Sequence record: DRR723986_1348
Length of the DNA stretch: 20,000 nt
Reading direction: 5' to 3' (one strand)
Shown: positions 1-9,116 of the stretch, one piece after another
Layout: each line of letters begins with the position of its first letter
Numbering within the stretch: the stretch's first letter is position 1
The notes under the pieces: model-generated
What the model saw: the letters and a program-made list of their open reading frames with translations, nothing else
The model's database searches: none
Told to the model about the DNA's origin: nothing
Translations under genes and position numbers: made by a program

Positions 1-1143
1 GGCCCAATGAGTGAAGTCGCCCCCGGCTGGAAATTGCGGGTATTGCTGGCGCAAGCCCTGTTCTCCGAGCCCGATATTCTGCTGCTGGACGAGCCCACCA
101 ACAACCTCGATATCAACACCATTCGCTGGCTGGAAGAGCTACTGAATGAGCGCAAGAGCACGATGGTGATCATTTCCCACGACCGGCATTTTCTCAATGC
201 CGTTTGCACGCACATGGCGGATATCGACTATGGCGAGCTGCGCGTCTACCCCGGTAACTACGACGACTTTATGATGGCGGCGACCGCGGCGCGCGAGCGC
301 TTACAGGCCCAGAATGCGAAGAAGTCTGCACAAATTGCCGAACTTCAGCAATTTGTAAGCCGCTTCTCCGCCAATGCCTCCAAGGCTAAGCAGGCGACCT
401 CCCGCGCCAAGCAGATTGAAAAAATCCAACTGGATGAAATCAAAGCCTCCAGCCGGGTATCGCCCTATATCCGCTTCAAGCAGGAGAAGAAGCTGCACCG
501 CCAAGCGCTGACGCTTGAGAGCGTTGGCCACGGCTTCGATGACAAGCTATTTAGTGACGCCACCATGATTATTGAAGCGGGTACTCGCCTGGCAGTCATC
601 GGTGAGAACGGCGCCGGTAAAACGACTTTTTTGCGCTGCTTAATGAAGGAGTTAGCGGCCAACGAAGGCAACATTAAGTGGGCCGAAAATGCCAGCCTGG
701 GCTACTGTCCTCAGGACAGCAGCAATGACTTTGACAACGACCTCAATCTGTTCGACTGGATGGCGCAGTGGCAAAAGCCCAGTCACGACGACCAGATTGT
801 GCGCGCAACGCTTGGGCGCTTACTGTTCTCTTCCGACGACTTCAAAAAGCAGGTTAAGGTCTGTTCAGGCGGTGAGAAGAACCGCCTGCTGTTTGGCAAG
901 CTGATGATGATGGACTGCAATGTTCTCATTATGGACGAGCCGACCAACCACCTGGATATGGAGTCGATTGAAGCCCTGAACCTGGCGCTGGAATACTTTG
1001 AAGGCACACTAATCTTTGCCAGCCACGACCGCGAATTCGTATCGTCGCTGGCCACCCGTGTTGTTGAAATCAAAGACCAGAAGCTCAACGACTTCCAGGG
1101 TAGCTACGAGGAGTACTTGGCCAGTCAGCAGCTCATCGGCTGA
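1..1143 (+). CDS. ybiT: ABC-F family ATPase (YbiT-like), 5'-truncated by the window edge
   Basis: Frame is open from base 1. It contains the end of ABC domain 1 ([20 protein letters not shown]), the inter-domain linker ([25 protein letters not shown], typical of YbiT) and ABC domain 2 ([32 protein letters not shown]). No transmembrane segments. Confidence 0.92.
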   Translation, partial: GPMSEVAPGWKLRVLLAQALFSEPDILLLDEPTNNLDINTIRWLEELLNERKSTMVIISHDRHFLNAVCTHMADIDYGELRVYPGNYDDFMMAATAARERLQAQNAKKSAQIAELQQFVSRFSANASKAKQATSRAKQIEKIQLDEIKASSRVSPYIRFKQEKKLHRQALTLESVGHGFDDKLFSDATMIIEAGTRLAVIGENGAGKTTFLRCLMKELAANEGNIKWAENASLGYCPQDSSNDFDNDLNLFDWMAQWQKPSHDDQIVRATLGRLLFSSDDFKKQVKVCSGGEKNRLLFGKLMMMDCNVLIMDEPTNHLDMESIEALNLALEYFEGTLIFASHDREFVSSLATRVVEIKDQKLNDFQGSYEEYLASQQLIG

Positions 1144-1157
1144 GCGAGGACGAGTGC

Positions 1158-1919
1158 CTACCTCGCCGTGCAGTCCAGCAGTGATGCCATCACTTTGCGG
1201 GGCTGCGCGGGCAACATAAACACCTCGTCGAGTAAACGCTCGTTAATCACCGCCGCAGCGCCGCCCTGGGCGACGAGCCGGCCATTGCTCAATACCCAAA
1301 CCTGGTCGGCAAAGCGGTGCGCCAGCACCAAGTCATGAATCACACAGGCAATAGCAAAGCCGCGATCTCGCAGCGACTCAAGTAACGCCATCAGCGCAAA
1401 TTGGTGGTTCAGATCCAAGGCATTGAGCGGCTCATCGAGAAACAGATACGCCGGGTCACCTGCCTTTAGTGATGGCAGCAATTGCAACAGTACCCGCGCT
1501 ATCTGAACCCGCTGACGCTCGCCGCCAGACAGGGACAAATACTGGCGATTAATAAGCTCGGCGGCCGAAAAGTATTGCAGGCAGTGTTCGATATCCTCGT
1601 CGTTGGCAGCGAGCAAACTCCCCATAGACACAACATCCCTGACCGTAAACGGAAAGAGCAGGCTTTGCTCCTGGGTTAGCACTGCCCTGCGCCGCGCTAA
1701 AGACGCTGCACTATAGGTGGAAAGTAATTGCCCATCTAAACTCACTGTTCCGGTATCCGGCCGTTCACCACCGGCTAACAAATGCAGCAACGACGATTTA
1801 CCCGCGCCGTTGGGGCCAATAATGGCCAGCAGTGTTCCCGGCGCTAACTCGCCGCTGACATCGTTAAGGATTTGTTTGCCTTTTTGCGCCCACCCCAGTC
1901 TCTCTGCCAGCAAACTCAT
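1158..1919 (-). CDS. hmuV: Heme ABC transporter ATP-binding subunit
   Basis: Walker A GPNGAGKS, signature LSGGERQRV, Walker B YLFLDEP, H-loop VIHDL. Start reassigned to ATG at 1919 (MSLLAERL), which overlaps the hmuU stop as ATGA. Confidence 0.9.
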   Translation of the reverse strand: MSLLAERLGWAQKGKQILNDVSGELAPGTLLAIIGPNGAGKSSLLHLLAGGERPDTGTVSLDGQLLSTYSAASLARRRAVLTQEQSLLFPFTVRDVVSMGSLLAANDEDIEHCLQYFSAAELINRQYLSLSGGERQRVQIARVLLQLLPSLKAGDPAYLFLDEPLNALDLNHQFALMALLESLRDRGFAIACVIHDLVLAHRFADQVWVLSNGRLVAQGGAAAVINERLLDEVFMLPAQPRKVMASLLDCTAR

Positions 1920-2938
1920 AGCCGCCTTCCCTGAGACAGTAGCAAATACAGGAAATACGGTGCGCCAAGCAGGCTGGTAATAACGCCCACAGGCAGCTCC
2001 GCAGGCGCAACCACTGTCCTCGCCAGCGTGTCGGCAGCCAATAGCAACAATGCACCTAGCAGGGCACTGCCCGGCAATAGCCATCGATGTTGAGGGCCGA
2101 TAAGCATACGAAGCAGGTGTGGCACCAATAGACCAACAAAACCGATAACGCCGCTCACTGCCACACAACTGCCAACAATTAATGCCGCCAGTATGACGGT
2201 GCGACGCTGTAACTGGCGGGGGTCAATACCCAGGTATTCGGCGCTGCGATCACCCAACTGCAAAACATCCAATTGCCGAGCACTTCGTGTTAGCAGCAAC
2301 AAAGCGGGGATCAGTACACTGCAACACACGGCGATTTGCGTCCACAGCGCGCCGCCCAGGCTACCCATTGTCCAGAAGCTGAGGCTGCGCAATTGCTGGT
2401 CATCGCTCAAATACGTGAGAAACCCAATAGCCGCCCCACAAAGGGCGTTTATCGCCAACCCCGCCAGCAGCAGTGCTGCAACACCGCCGCCGCTGCGACG
2501 AGCAAAAAGAAATATAACGATGCAGCAAATCAAACCGCCACAAAATGCGGCGATGCTTATGCTGTACAGGCCCAGCAAACCCCAACTGGATGGAATGGCA
2601 ATTAAACTGATGGCCACGGCGAGCGCCGCACCGTTGGCAATGCCCAGCAGGCCGGGGTCAGCAAGCGGGTTGCGAAACAAGCCTTGCATCGCCGCGCCCG
2701 ATGCGCCGAGCCCAGCCCCAACTATGGCCGCCAAACACAAGCGCGGTAGCCGGATATGCCAGAGTATGGCGGCCTCTGGATTCTGCCACGCCCGCCACTG
2801 CCAGTGCTGCCACTCGACACTGGCCGCACCGACAAAGGCAGCCAGCATCAACGCCGCCAATAAACAGGCCATTAATAAGCCAAGCACGCGATACGCCGCA
2901 TTTGGATGACGCGTTTCAGTAATCGCGCTGGGCATCAT
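1916..2938 (-). CDS. hmuU: Heme ABC transporter permease (FecCD/BtuC family)
   Basis: IRLPR, MQGLFRNPLADPGLLG, GVIGFVGLLVPH, ELPVGVITSLLGAPYF motifs and many hydrophobic segments. Start is ATG at 2938 or 2935 (MMPSAITE). Confidence 0.92.
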   Translation of the reverse strand: MMPSAITETRHPNAAYRVLGLLMACLLAALMLAAFVGAASVEWQHWQWRAWQNPEAAILWHIRLPRLCLAAIVGAGLGASGAAMQGLFRNPLADPGLLGIANGAALAVAISLIAIPSSWGLLGLYSISIAAFCGGLICCIVIFLFARRSGGGVAALLLAGLAINALCGAAIGFLTYLSDDQQLRSLSFWTMGSLGGALWTQIAVCCSVLIPALLLLTRSARQLDVLQLGDRSAEYLGIDPRQLQRRTVILAALIVGSCVAVSGVIGFVGLLVPHLLRMLIGPQHRWLLPGSALLGALLLLAADTLARTVVAPAELPVGVITSLLGAPYFLYLLLSQGRRL

Positions 2939-3785
2939 TTTCGGATTCGCCGTGTAGTGCATTGAACAGTGTGGTGGCGGCGTCAGCCGTGCGCGGACCA
3001 AAACCCAGCAACAGCAATGCATCCATGCTGAGAATGCGCCGCGACTCAGCGGCCGGTGTTAACGCCATCCCAGGCTGGCGCAACAAGCCGTCGACACCGC
3101 CAAACTGCTCCAGCCCCTGGTCAGTCACCACAATCCAGTCTGGCGCCGCATTCACTAACGCCTCTGCTGTCATGGGTTTGTAAGCGCGTATCGCGTCGGC
3201 AACATTCCGCCCGCCCATCAGTTGAATCATGCTGTCGGCAGCGGTATTACGCCCCGCTATCATCGGTGCGCCACCACCGTGATTCATCACAAACAGCACC
3301 CCAGGGCGATGCGATAACCGCTGACGCCGCTCGGCGAGCGCGGAGAAATCCGCTTTGAGCGTTGCAATAATGTCATCGCCGGCGGCCACGGTTCCCAGCA
3401 ACGACGCTAGCCGGCGAATCTTGTCATACAACTTTTCAGGTGTCGGCGTTGCCTCCACTAGCTCCAGTTGCTGACCAGCAGCTAGGATCTGCTGCTTTAC
3501 TGCAGGCGGGCCAATGTCGGCATTCGCGATGATACGATCTGCCGACACCGACAATACGCCCTCGGCGGACAGGGCGCGAAGGTATCCCAGCTGGGGTAGC
3601 TGACGCACCTTCGGCGGGTAAACGCTGGAGCTATCTACTGCCACCACGCGATCACCGGCGCCGAGCGCAAACACAATTTCTGTTACATCTCCGCCCAAGG
3701 TGACCAGGCGCTCACTCGCGTTACCCAGACTGGAGAGCAACGCCGCGCCAAAGGCCAGTGCCACGACGCGCTTATTTATTCTCAT
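2916..3785 (-). CDS. hmuT: Periplasmic heme-binding protein
   Basis: Signal peptide MRINKRVVALAFGAALLSSLGNA, RLVTLGGDVTEIVFALG, VAVDSSS, and LGYLRALSAEG carrying the ShuT/PhuT-type Tyr heme ligand; C-terminal LLLGFGPRT. Start ATG at 3785 with AAGGGA upstream. Confidence 0.92.
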   Translation of the reverse strand: MRINKRVVALAFGAALLSSLGNASERLVTLGGDVTEIVFALGAGDRVVAVDSSSVYPPKVRQLPQLGYLRALSAEGVLSVSADRIIANADIGPPAVKQQILAAGQQLELVEATPTPEKLYDKIRRLASLLGTVAAGDDIIATLKADFSALAERRQRLSHRPGVLFVMNHGGGAPMIAGRNTAADSMIQLMGGRNVADAIRAYKPMTAEALVNAAPDWIVVTDQGLEQFGGVDGLLRQPGMALTPAAESRRILSMDALLLLGFGPRTADAATTLFNALHGESENDAQRDY

Positions 3786-4194
3786 TAAACATTTCCCTTT
3801 GGTGCAATAATTGAACACGTTCGACCTGCGCTTTTTGCAGGGCATCGAGCAGACTGACCAAGGCCTGTAATGGCGCCTGCTGGTCACCGGCGATGAGCAA
3901 GGTGGCATCCGCACTCGCCTGATAACGCGCCAGAAGTTTGGGCATCAGTTCAGCGGTGGTGGAATAGCGGCGCTCGTCCAATACATAAACGCCTGTCGCA
4001 TCCACGCTTAACTGCAGCGGGGTATCGGGCATCGGCGACGACTCGCTGCCCTGGGCCTCCACCAGTGCTACGGGCATTGGCGCCACTGCAGCGCCGGCAG
4101 TAAGTAAGAAAAACAACAGCAGAATGAAGAGAATATCCATCAACGGCATCAGCTCCATCGCTGCGGGCTCTGCAGAGTCAGGCAGCTTGATCAT
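3772..4194 (-). CDS. exbD: ExbD/TolR family biopolymer transport protein
   Basis: ELMPLMDILFILLLFFLLT transmembrane helix with the conserved Asp; C-terminal LLIAGDQQAP...LLDALQKA fold. Start at 4194 overlaps the exbB stop as ATGA. Confidence 0.9.
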   Translation of the reverse strand: MIKLPDSAEPAAMELMPLMDILFILLLFFLLTAGAAVAPMPVALVEAQGSESSPMPDTPLQLSVDATGVYVLDERRYSTTAELMPKLLARYQASADATLLIAGDQQAPLQALVSLLDALQKAQVERVQLLHQREMFNENK

Positions 4195-4760
4195 GCAAGC
4201 TCCACGCGCAGCGTCGGCGCTGCCACTTTGGCTCCAGCCATATCCAGCGATCGCTGATTGAGTTTTGCGGCCCAGTTCTGCAGTACCACTCGGCAAACAC
4301 TGTTTTGCAACGCGGCCAGCACGGCGGCAAGCAGTGCGATAGACAAACCCACAGCGGTCGTTGTTAGCGCCTGCCACAGGCCATCGGCAAGCAGTGCGGG
4401 ATTCACCGCGCCGCGGTGTTCACTAAGGCGGTGAAACGCGGCCATCACACCGATGATGGTGCCCAGCATTCCCAGCAGCGGGCTTACCGTGGCTAGGCCA
4501 CGCAATACGTTTTGGCCGCGCAACCACTGCGTGGAGAGCATTTGTAAATGCAGGGCCAGCACTTCATCGCGCAACGCTTTGTCACACTCGCGGTTACTGT
4601 CTAGCAAATTCAGGGCGTCACTATAGGTTTGTTGCCGATGCCAAACTGCCCACACCGCAAAACACAGGCGCTCTCCCGCTACAGCGAACAACAGTAAGGC
4701 GCAACAGATTAGCGGCCACGCGAGTACGCCGAGAGTATCAATGGAAAACATTGCCATCAT
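4191..4760 (-). CDS. exbB: ExbB/MotA/TolQ proton channel family protein
   Basis: LATVSPLLGMLGTIIGVMAAF and LADGLWQALTTTAVGLSIAL motifs; N-terminal WPLICCALL transmembrane segment. Confidence 0.9.
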   Translation of the reverse strand: MMAMFSIDTLGVLAWPLICCALLLFAVAGERLCFAVWAVWHRQQTYSDALNLLDSNRECDKALRDEVLALHLQMLSTQWLRGQNVLRGLATVSPLLGMLGTIIGVMAAFHRLSEHRGAVNPALLADGLWQALTTTAVGLSIALLAAVLAALQNSVCRVVLQNWAAKLNQRSLDMAGAKVAAPTLRVELA

Positions 4761-5794
4761 CAGTCAGCCAAGGTCTGCAACAATTCGCGCCACAGCGGCA
4801 ATTCGGGTTGACCGGGTTTGCGGCGCCCAAAGAATGTGACGATCAGTTCACCGCCCGCGCCGTAGACCTCCAACGCGGAGACCACACCATCGACGGTGGG
4901 CTTGCGAGTAAGCCAGCACGCGGCGACCGCATTTTCCTTAAGGTGGAGGTTGAAACGTGGATCCAATACGTTAAACCACCCCGGTGTCGCGCGCAGATTA
5001 GTAACCGGGCCACTGTGAATCTGAATGCAGGCGCGGTTGCCTACAAACACCATAATTTCACATTGGCTATCGCGCGCCGCTTCAAGCAGACGACGGGGAG
5101 ATTCTGTGCTGAGCGGCTTCGCAAGATCGTCGCTGACCAAGCGCAAGGCCTGCTCTCGTTGCACCTTGTAGGTCGCAAGTAAAGCGTGAAAATCGTGGGT
5201 GTCTTTCAGCGCCCGCCACGCGCTCTCGAGTCCCTGAATATCAATGTCACTGTCAGCGAGAGGCGGCGACGGCTCGGGGTAGGCCTCCAACGCCAGCTCT
5301 TCAACCTGAGGGCAGTCAGAAAATTTGCTGACCAGGGCGCGATACGCGGCGGCGTCCGAAGCGTCGGTCAAATAGATTTTGTGGGCCGCGGTTCCCGAGC
5401 GATCAAAAAACTGCAGACTGTGACGGCCAGATTCCTCGACCGCGAAAATACTCGACCAATGGTGCATGAATAGTCGCAGGTCAATCTCTTCGTTTACAGC
5501 AAGGCCCATGCTGCCGTTGAAACCGATTTTTTGGTAGCAGCCTTTGCGTTCATGCACGCAGTGTTCATTACGGGTCAGGGCCATTACCTCGCCCAGTGTT
5601 TTTACTTCTTTCAGTATCGCCTTCGCATCATTGCGTAAACGCGTTACGCCAAGGCCAATGCGACTGGCGACCAACTCCGCCTCTGACACTCCCAGCGATT
5701 CAGCGGCATTGCGCGCACGAAGTGTTTTCCCTTGTTGCTGCAGTGCTTCGTAGCGCTGCAGCAAACTCTGGCCGTCCTTTACTAAGGTATCCAT
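4760..5794 (-). CDS. hmuS: Cytoplasmic heme-binding/degrading protein (HemS/ChuS/PhuS family)
   Basis: RARNAAESLGVSEAELVA, VMALTRNEHCVHERKG, IDLRLF (conserved Arg), DTHDF (His heme ligand), IMVFVGNRACIQIHSG, FNLHL. GGAGG RBS upstream. Confidence 0.95.
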   Translation of the reverse strand: MDTLVKDGQSLLQRYEALQQQGKTLRARNAAESLGVSEAELVASRIGLGVTRLRNDAKAILKEVKTLGEVMALTRNEHCVHERKGCYQKIGFNGSMGLAVNEEIDLRLFMHHWSSIFAVEESGRHSLQFFDRSGTAAHKIYLTDASDAAAYRALVSKFSDCPQVEELALEAYPEPSPPLADSDIDIQGLESAWRALKDTHDFHALLATYKVQREQALRLVSDDLAKPLSTESPRRLLEAARDSQCEIMVFVGNRACIQIHSGPVTNLRATPGWFNVLDPRFNLHLKENAVAACWLTRKPTVDGVVSALEVYGAGGELIVTFFGRRKPGQPELPLWRELLQTLAD

Positions 5795-5806
5795 ACACCC
5801 TCCATA

Positions 5807-6517
5807 TCAATTGAGTAAAAATTCGATGGGCACTCGCATCCACTGTCCCTGCATGGGGCCTGGGGCAAAGCGCCACCGAGATACCGCGGCAAGCGCGGCC
5901 TTATCCAGCAAACCAAAACCAGAAGACTCAGCCACCTTCACATCGCGCAGCGCACCACCACTGTCGATCAACACATGCAGAACCACCATGCCCTGCATAC
6001 CCAGCTCAACGGCTCGGCGCGGATAGCGCGGCGCTCGTCGCTCAACCACCTCGGCCTCGGCCAACGCGGTGGGCGTCGATGCCTGATTTTGGGTTTGCTG
6101 TTGCGCGGCAACGGCATCGGCTACCTCGCTTTCCTGCGGTGAGGCTTGTGATATTGGTTCGCGCTGCCGAGTTTGGTGGGCCTCACGTCGGGTGCGCCGC
6201 GGTGCCGGTGGCGATCGATGGCGGGCCGGCTGTGCAGACGATTTTTCTCGCGGGGGCGCAGCGAGCGCGTGTTGAACCGGCGGCGACGCCAGCGATGGTG
6301 GCTCGTTTGCTGTTGCGTTATCCGCCGTGTTTTCTGATTCCGGCTGAAATGATGGTGACACCAGATTTACACCCACGGGAACAGCGACGGAAACCGGCGC
6401 CGTGTCGGGTAGCAACGCCGGCGCAAGTACGTGCATTAGCCACAACGCCGCAAGTGCGCCAGCGGCACTTAGCCCCTGGCACACCCGCGCTGGGTAGGTG
6501 CCCGACGACACTACCAT
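5807..6517 (-). CDS. tonB: Energy transducer TonB
   Basis: N-terminal hydrophobic anchor with His (ALAALWLMHVLA), Pro/Ala/Gln-rich spacer, C-terminal PRYPRRAVELGMQGMVVLHVLID...SSGFGLLDKAALAAVSRWRF...VPIEF. Start ATG at 6517 overlaps the hmuR stop. Confidence 0.9.
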   Translation of the reverse strand: MVVSSGTYPARVCQGLSAAGALAALWLMHVLAPALLPDTAPVSVAVPVGVNLVSPSFQPESENTADNATANEPPSLASPPVQHALAAPPREKSSAQPARHRSPPAPRRTRREAHQTRQREPISQASPQESEVADAVAAQQQTQNQASTPTALAEAEVVERRAPRYPRRAVELGMQGMVVLHVLIDSGGALRDVKVAESSGFGLLDKAALAAVSRWRFAPGPMQGQWMRVPIEFLLN

Positions 6518-8640
6518 TGATAACTCACTCTCGCCGTTAGGTTACGCTCCGGCGCGGCAGTGAGTGCAACGGGCCGCTGGTAGGTCTCATCAGTAAGGTT
6601 GTTAACGCCGAGATCAACCGTCAGCGAATCCACCGGTGACCAGCGAGCATAAACATCGTGAACCTGGTAGCTATCGCGACGCAGCTCGTCCTGTGGCACC
6701 TTGCTGGTGGAGTCCGCAAAGCGACTACGCAGACCTATCTCGGTGTTAATTGCAGCGACCTCGTAGGCCAGACTGATCGCGGCGGTACGCGGCTGATTGC
6801 TAACCAGATACTCGTCGGTTCGGCTGTTCTTACCCGTGCTATATGCCACACTCAAACCCAGTTGCCAGGGCCCAAGTCGGTAGTCGGCAGTGGCATCCCA
6901 ACCCCGAATAACCGCATCAGAAATATTGCGAGATTGTGTTGTGCCGCAACAGGGTTGACCGGAAAACGGCGGAACGAAGTTCACCTCCAGGTCGATGTAG
7001 TCTTCGGCATCAACATTGAAGTAAGCCGCTTTAACATTCAGGGCATCCCCCTCTCGCCATACATTTTGAAAGCTCAAGCCCATCCCCAGCTCTGCGGTCA
7101 AATTGGTTTCCGGCTTTAGGTCTGGGTTAGGCACAAAGCGGTTACAACCGCCCGCTCCGGGAATGTTTAAGCAGAAGTGATTTCCCGTCGCGTAAATTTC
7201 GGTCATCGTCGGCGCGCGAAATGCCCCGGTATAATTGGCAAACAGCAGCAGCCAGTCCTTTGGCGCAAGGCTGACACCAAACCTTGGCGACCACTTGGAC
7301 GCATCAATTGAGCTCGCCGGATCCGGATCACTCGCACTGCCTGGCAGAGGAAATGGCAACGGCCAGCCCGCGCCACCCGATACGGCCCCCTCGCCCTGAC
7401 GTTTGGAGCGGTAGCGGTCGTAGCGAGCACCGGCGAGCAGCAACCACTGCCCCGCCGCATTCTGCCACTGCCACTCTTGCTGGGCGTACACGGCGGCAAA
7501 GTCCGCCTTGGCGTCGGGGATACCGTTGGCTTCACCGTTTGCGGAATCTGAACCGCGCTGCTCCTCTCGATAGGCCTCAATGCCATACACCGTGACGCTG
7601 TCACCCGACTGCCACAGCTGTTTGTTTTCCAACTTCACACCATCGGTGATCAATTGACGTCGACGCTCGTCACCCTGCGCACCCATGCCGGTGGCAACGG
7701 TCAGTGTTTCCTCCAGGTCCGTGTCTACGCGATAGATCTGAGCGTCGAGATTAACCCCCTCGTGGTCTGGGTTCTCATAGCGATAACCAAGGCGCCACAA
7801 GGTCGAGTCAATGCGCTTATCCACCAGCTCCTCACTGTGATCGTCGCCAACTCCCAGCTGGGGATTGTTAGGCTCTTCGGCGTCGCCGCGATAGTGCTGG
7901 GCACTGAGTTTCAAGCTGTGAAAATCTGCCAGTGTTATGCCCAGCTTGAACAAGCCACTGAGCACCTCATCATCGGCCGGCAGTGTGCTGCCGTCGGAAA
8001 GATCGATGTCACCCGACTCGCGTCGACTCACTGACAGCAAGCCATCCATGGCGGCGGTGCGACCAAATACACTGGCGGTCTGGCTGCGTTCGTTGTCGAC
8101 AGACTGATAACCCGCCGCCAGCTGACCGCCGACCCGCTCGCCTGGCGCCAGCAAATCCGCCGCGTCGACCGTTTCCATCGCCACCACACCGCCGAGCCCG
8201 CCGGAGCCATAGAGCATGGAACTCGCTCCGCGTATCACCTCCACCCGCCGCAACAGCGCGGGGTCGACAAAGAAGGCACCATCGTGCCCGGATTCAAAAC
8301 GCTGGCGAACACCGTCGAGTAACACCAGCACGCCGTCGCTGTCGTAACCGCGCATCACCAGTGTTTGGCCATTGCGGCGCGCACTGCCCGCAACCTCTAC
8401 CGACGCCAGGCTATCGAAAATATCGGCCACTCTTGAGGCAGAGGCATGCTCAGCCGAACGCGCATCAACAACGTTGCTCATCAGCGGCAAGCGATGGCTG
8501 TCACGCGCCGAGCGGGTGGCGTACACGGTTAATTTATCGGTGCTAAGCAGTGCCGTATCGGCGGGCTCACCTTGACTGTCGGCGAGCACAGGAAGAATAG
8601 TAAGACTGCCTGCCAGCAGCCCCAGTCGCGCAATTCGCAT
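6511..8640 (-). CDS. hmuR: TonB-dependent heme/hemoglobin receptor
   Basis: Signal peptide, TonB-box-like DKLTVYATR, plug motif RVEVIRGASSMLYGSGGLGGVV with His in ESGHDG, FRAP...H...NPDL heme-receptor signature, terminal aromatic residue (SYQW). GGAG RBS. Confidence 0.93.
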   Translation of the reverse strand: MRIARLGLLAGSLTILPVLADSQGEPADTALLSTDKLTVYATRSARDSHRLPLMSNVVDARSAEHASASRVADIFDSLASVEVAGSARRNGQTLVMRGYDSDGVLVLLDGVRQRFESGHDGAFFVDPALLRRVEVIRGASSMLYGSGGLGGVVAMETVDAADLLAPGERVGGQLAAGYQSVDNERSQTASVFGRTAAMDGLLSVSRRESGDIDLSDGSTLPADDEVLSGLFKLGITLADFHSLKLSAQHYRGDAEEPNNPQLGVGDDHSEELVDKRIDSTLWRLGYRYENPDHEGVNLDAQIYRVDTDLEETLTVATGMGAQGDERRRQLITDGVKLENKQLWQSGDSVTVYGIEAYREEQRGSDSANGEANGIPDAKADFAAVYAQQEWQWQNAAGQWLLLAGARYDRYRSKRQGEGAVSGGAGWPLPFPLPGSASDPDPASSIDASKWSPRFGVSLAPKDWLLLFANYTGAFRAPTMTEIYATGNHFCLNIPGAGGCNRFVPNPDLKPETNLTAELGMGLSFQNVWREGDALNVKAAYFNVDAEDYIDLEVNFVPPFSGQPCCGTTQSRNISDAVIRGWDATADYRLGPWQLGLSVAYSTGKNSRTDEYLVSNQPRTAAISLAYEVAAINTEIGLRSRFADSTSKVPQDELRRDSYQVHDVYARWSPVDSLTVDLGVNNLTDETYQRPVALTAAPERNLTARVSYQW

Positions 8641-8702
8641 AGTTGCTCCAAATACGATGGCGTTGCTGGCGACGTGCTGGCTGGCCTAATTTTGAGATGA
8701 AA

Positions 8703-8867
8703 TTACTTGGTTAAAATCAATTTTCCCTGACGAGTAATTCGCAGTTGATATTGCTCGCCGGCATGCAAAATACGCAACGGGCCTTCCTTGCAAAGCAACT
8801 GCGAACTCTGCACAACGTTGTCACGAATCGTGACATAGCGCTGGCTTGAGCGGCGATCCGGTTCCAC
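8703..8867 (-). CDS. hemP: Hemin uptake protein HemP (54 aa)
   Basis: SSQLL...LRILHAGEQYQLRITRQGKLILTK is the HemP signature. GTG at 8867 has AGGGAG 6 nt upstream. The ORF-track start at 8897 lies inside the promoter. Confidence 0.92.
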   Translation of the reverse strand: MEPDRRSSQRYVTIRDNVVQSSQLLCKEGPLRILHAGEQYQLRITRQGKLILTK

Positions 8868-8886
8868 ATCAAACTCCCTAAACGTT

Positions 8887-8905
8887 AATGCGAACAATTA
8901 TCATT
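8887..8905. promoter_or_regulatory. Fur box
   Basis: AATGCGAACAATTATCATT matches the 9-1-9 Fur palindrome AATGATAATnATTATCATT at 15 of 18 positions, directly upstream of the heme operon. Confidence 0.88.
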
Positions 8906-8925
8906 TAATTTGTAGGTGACGTCAA
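8897..8925 (-). promoter_or_regulatory. sigma70 promoter of the heme operon
   Basis: Minus strand TTGACG (8925-8920), 17-bp spacer, GATAAT (8902-8897). The -10 element lies within the Fur box. Confidence 0.8.
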
Positions 8926-9050
8926 CTCCCCAACCGCGCCCTTGCCTTTTATTTTGGCCGGGCTATGCTGTCAGCTCACTCATCGACTTCCCGGCAACCA
9001 TGAAACGCAAGCTCAAGACCTGCACAACACCACTCAAATTTCTCTCCTAA

Positions 9051-9076
9051 GCCGGGGAGTTAGTTCGCTCTCCGGC
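9051..9076 (+). other. GC-rich stem-loop in the 5' region of the GreA/Rnk-like gene
   Basis: GCCGGGGAG-ttagttcg-CTCTCCGGC forms a 9-bp stem with one G-U pair and no U-tract after it. Confidence 0.5.
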
Positions 9077-9116
9077 ATGAAGGCAAACACCTTGTTTTCA
9101 CCATTGGAGGGTCGAC

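Noticed and set aside
2193-2909. 238-aa plus-strand ORF
   Set aside because: It is an antisense shadow of hmuU.
9051-9100. GGGGAGTTAG and GGCAAAC as possible yybP-ykoY or c-di-GMP-I riboswitch cores
   Set aside because: The other required conserved elements, or their order, are missing, so no known riboswitch can be called by eye.
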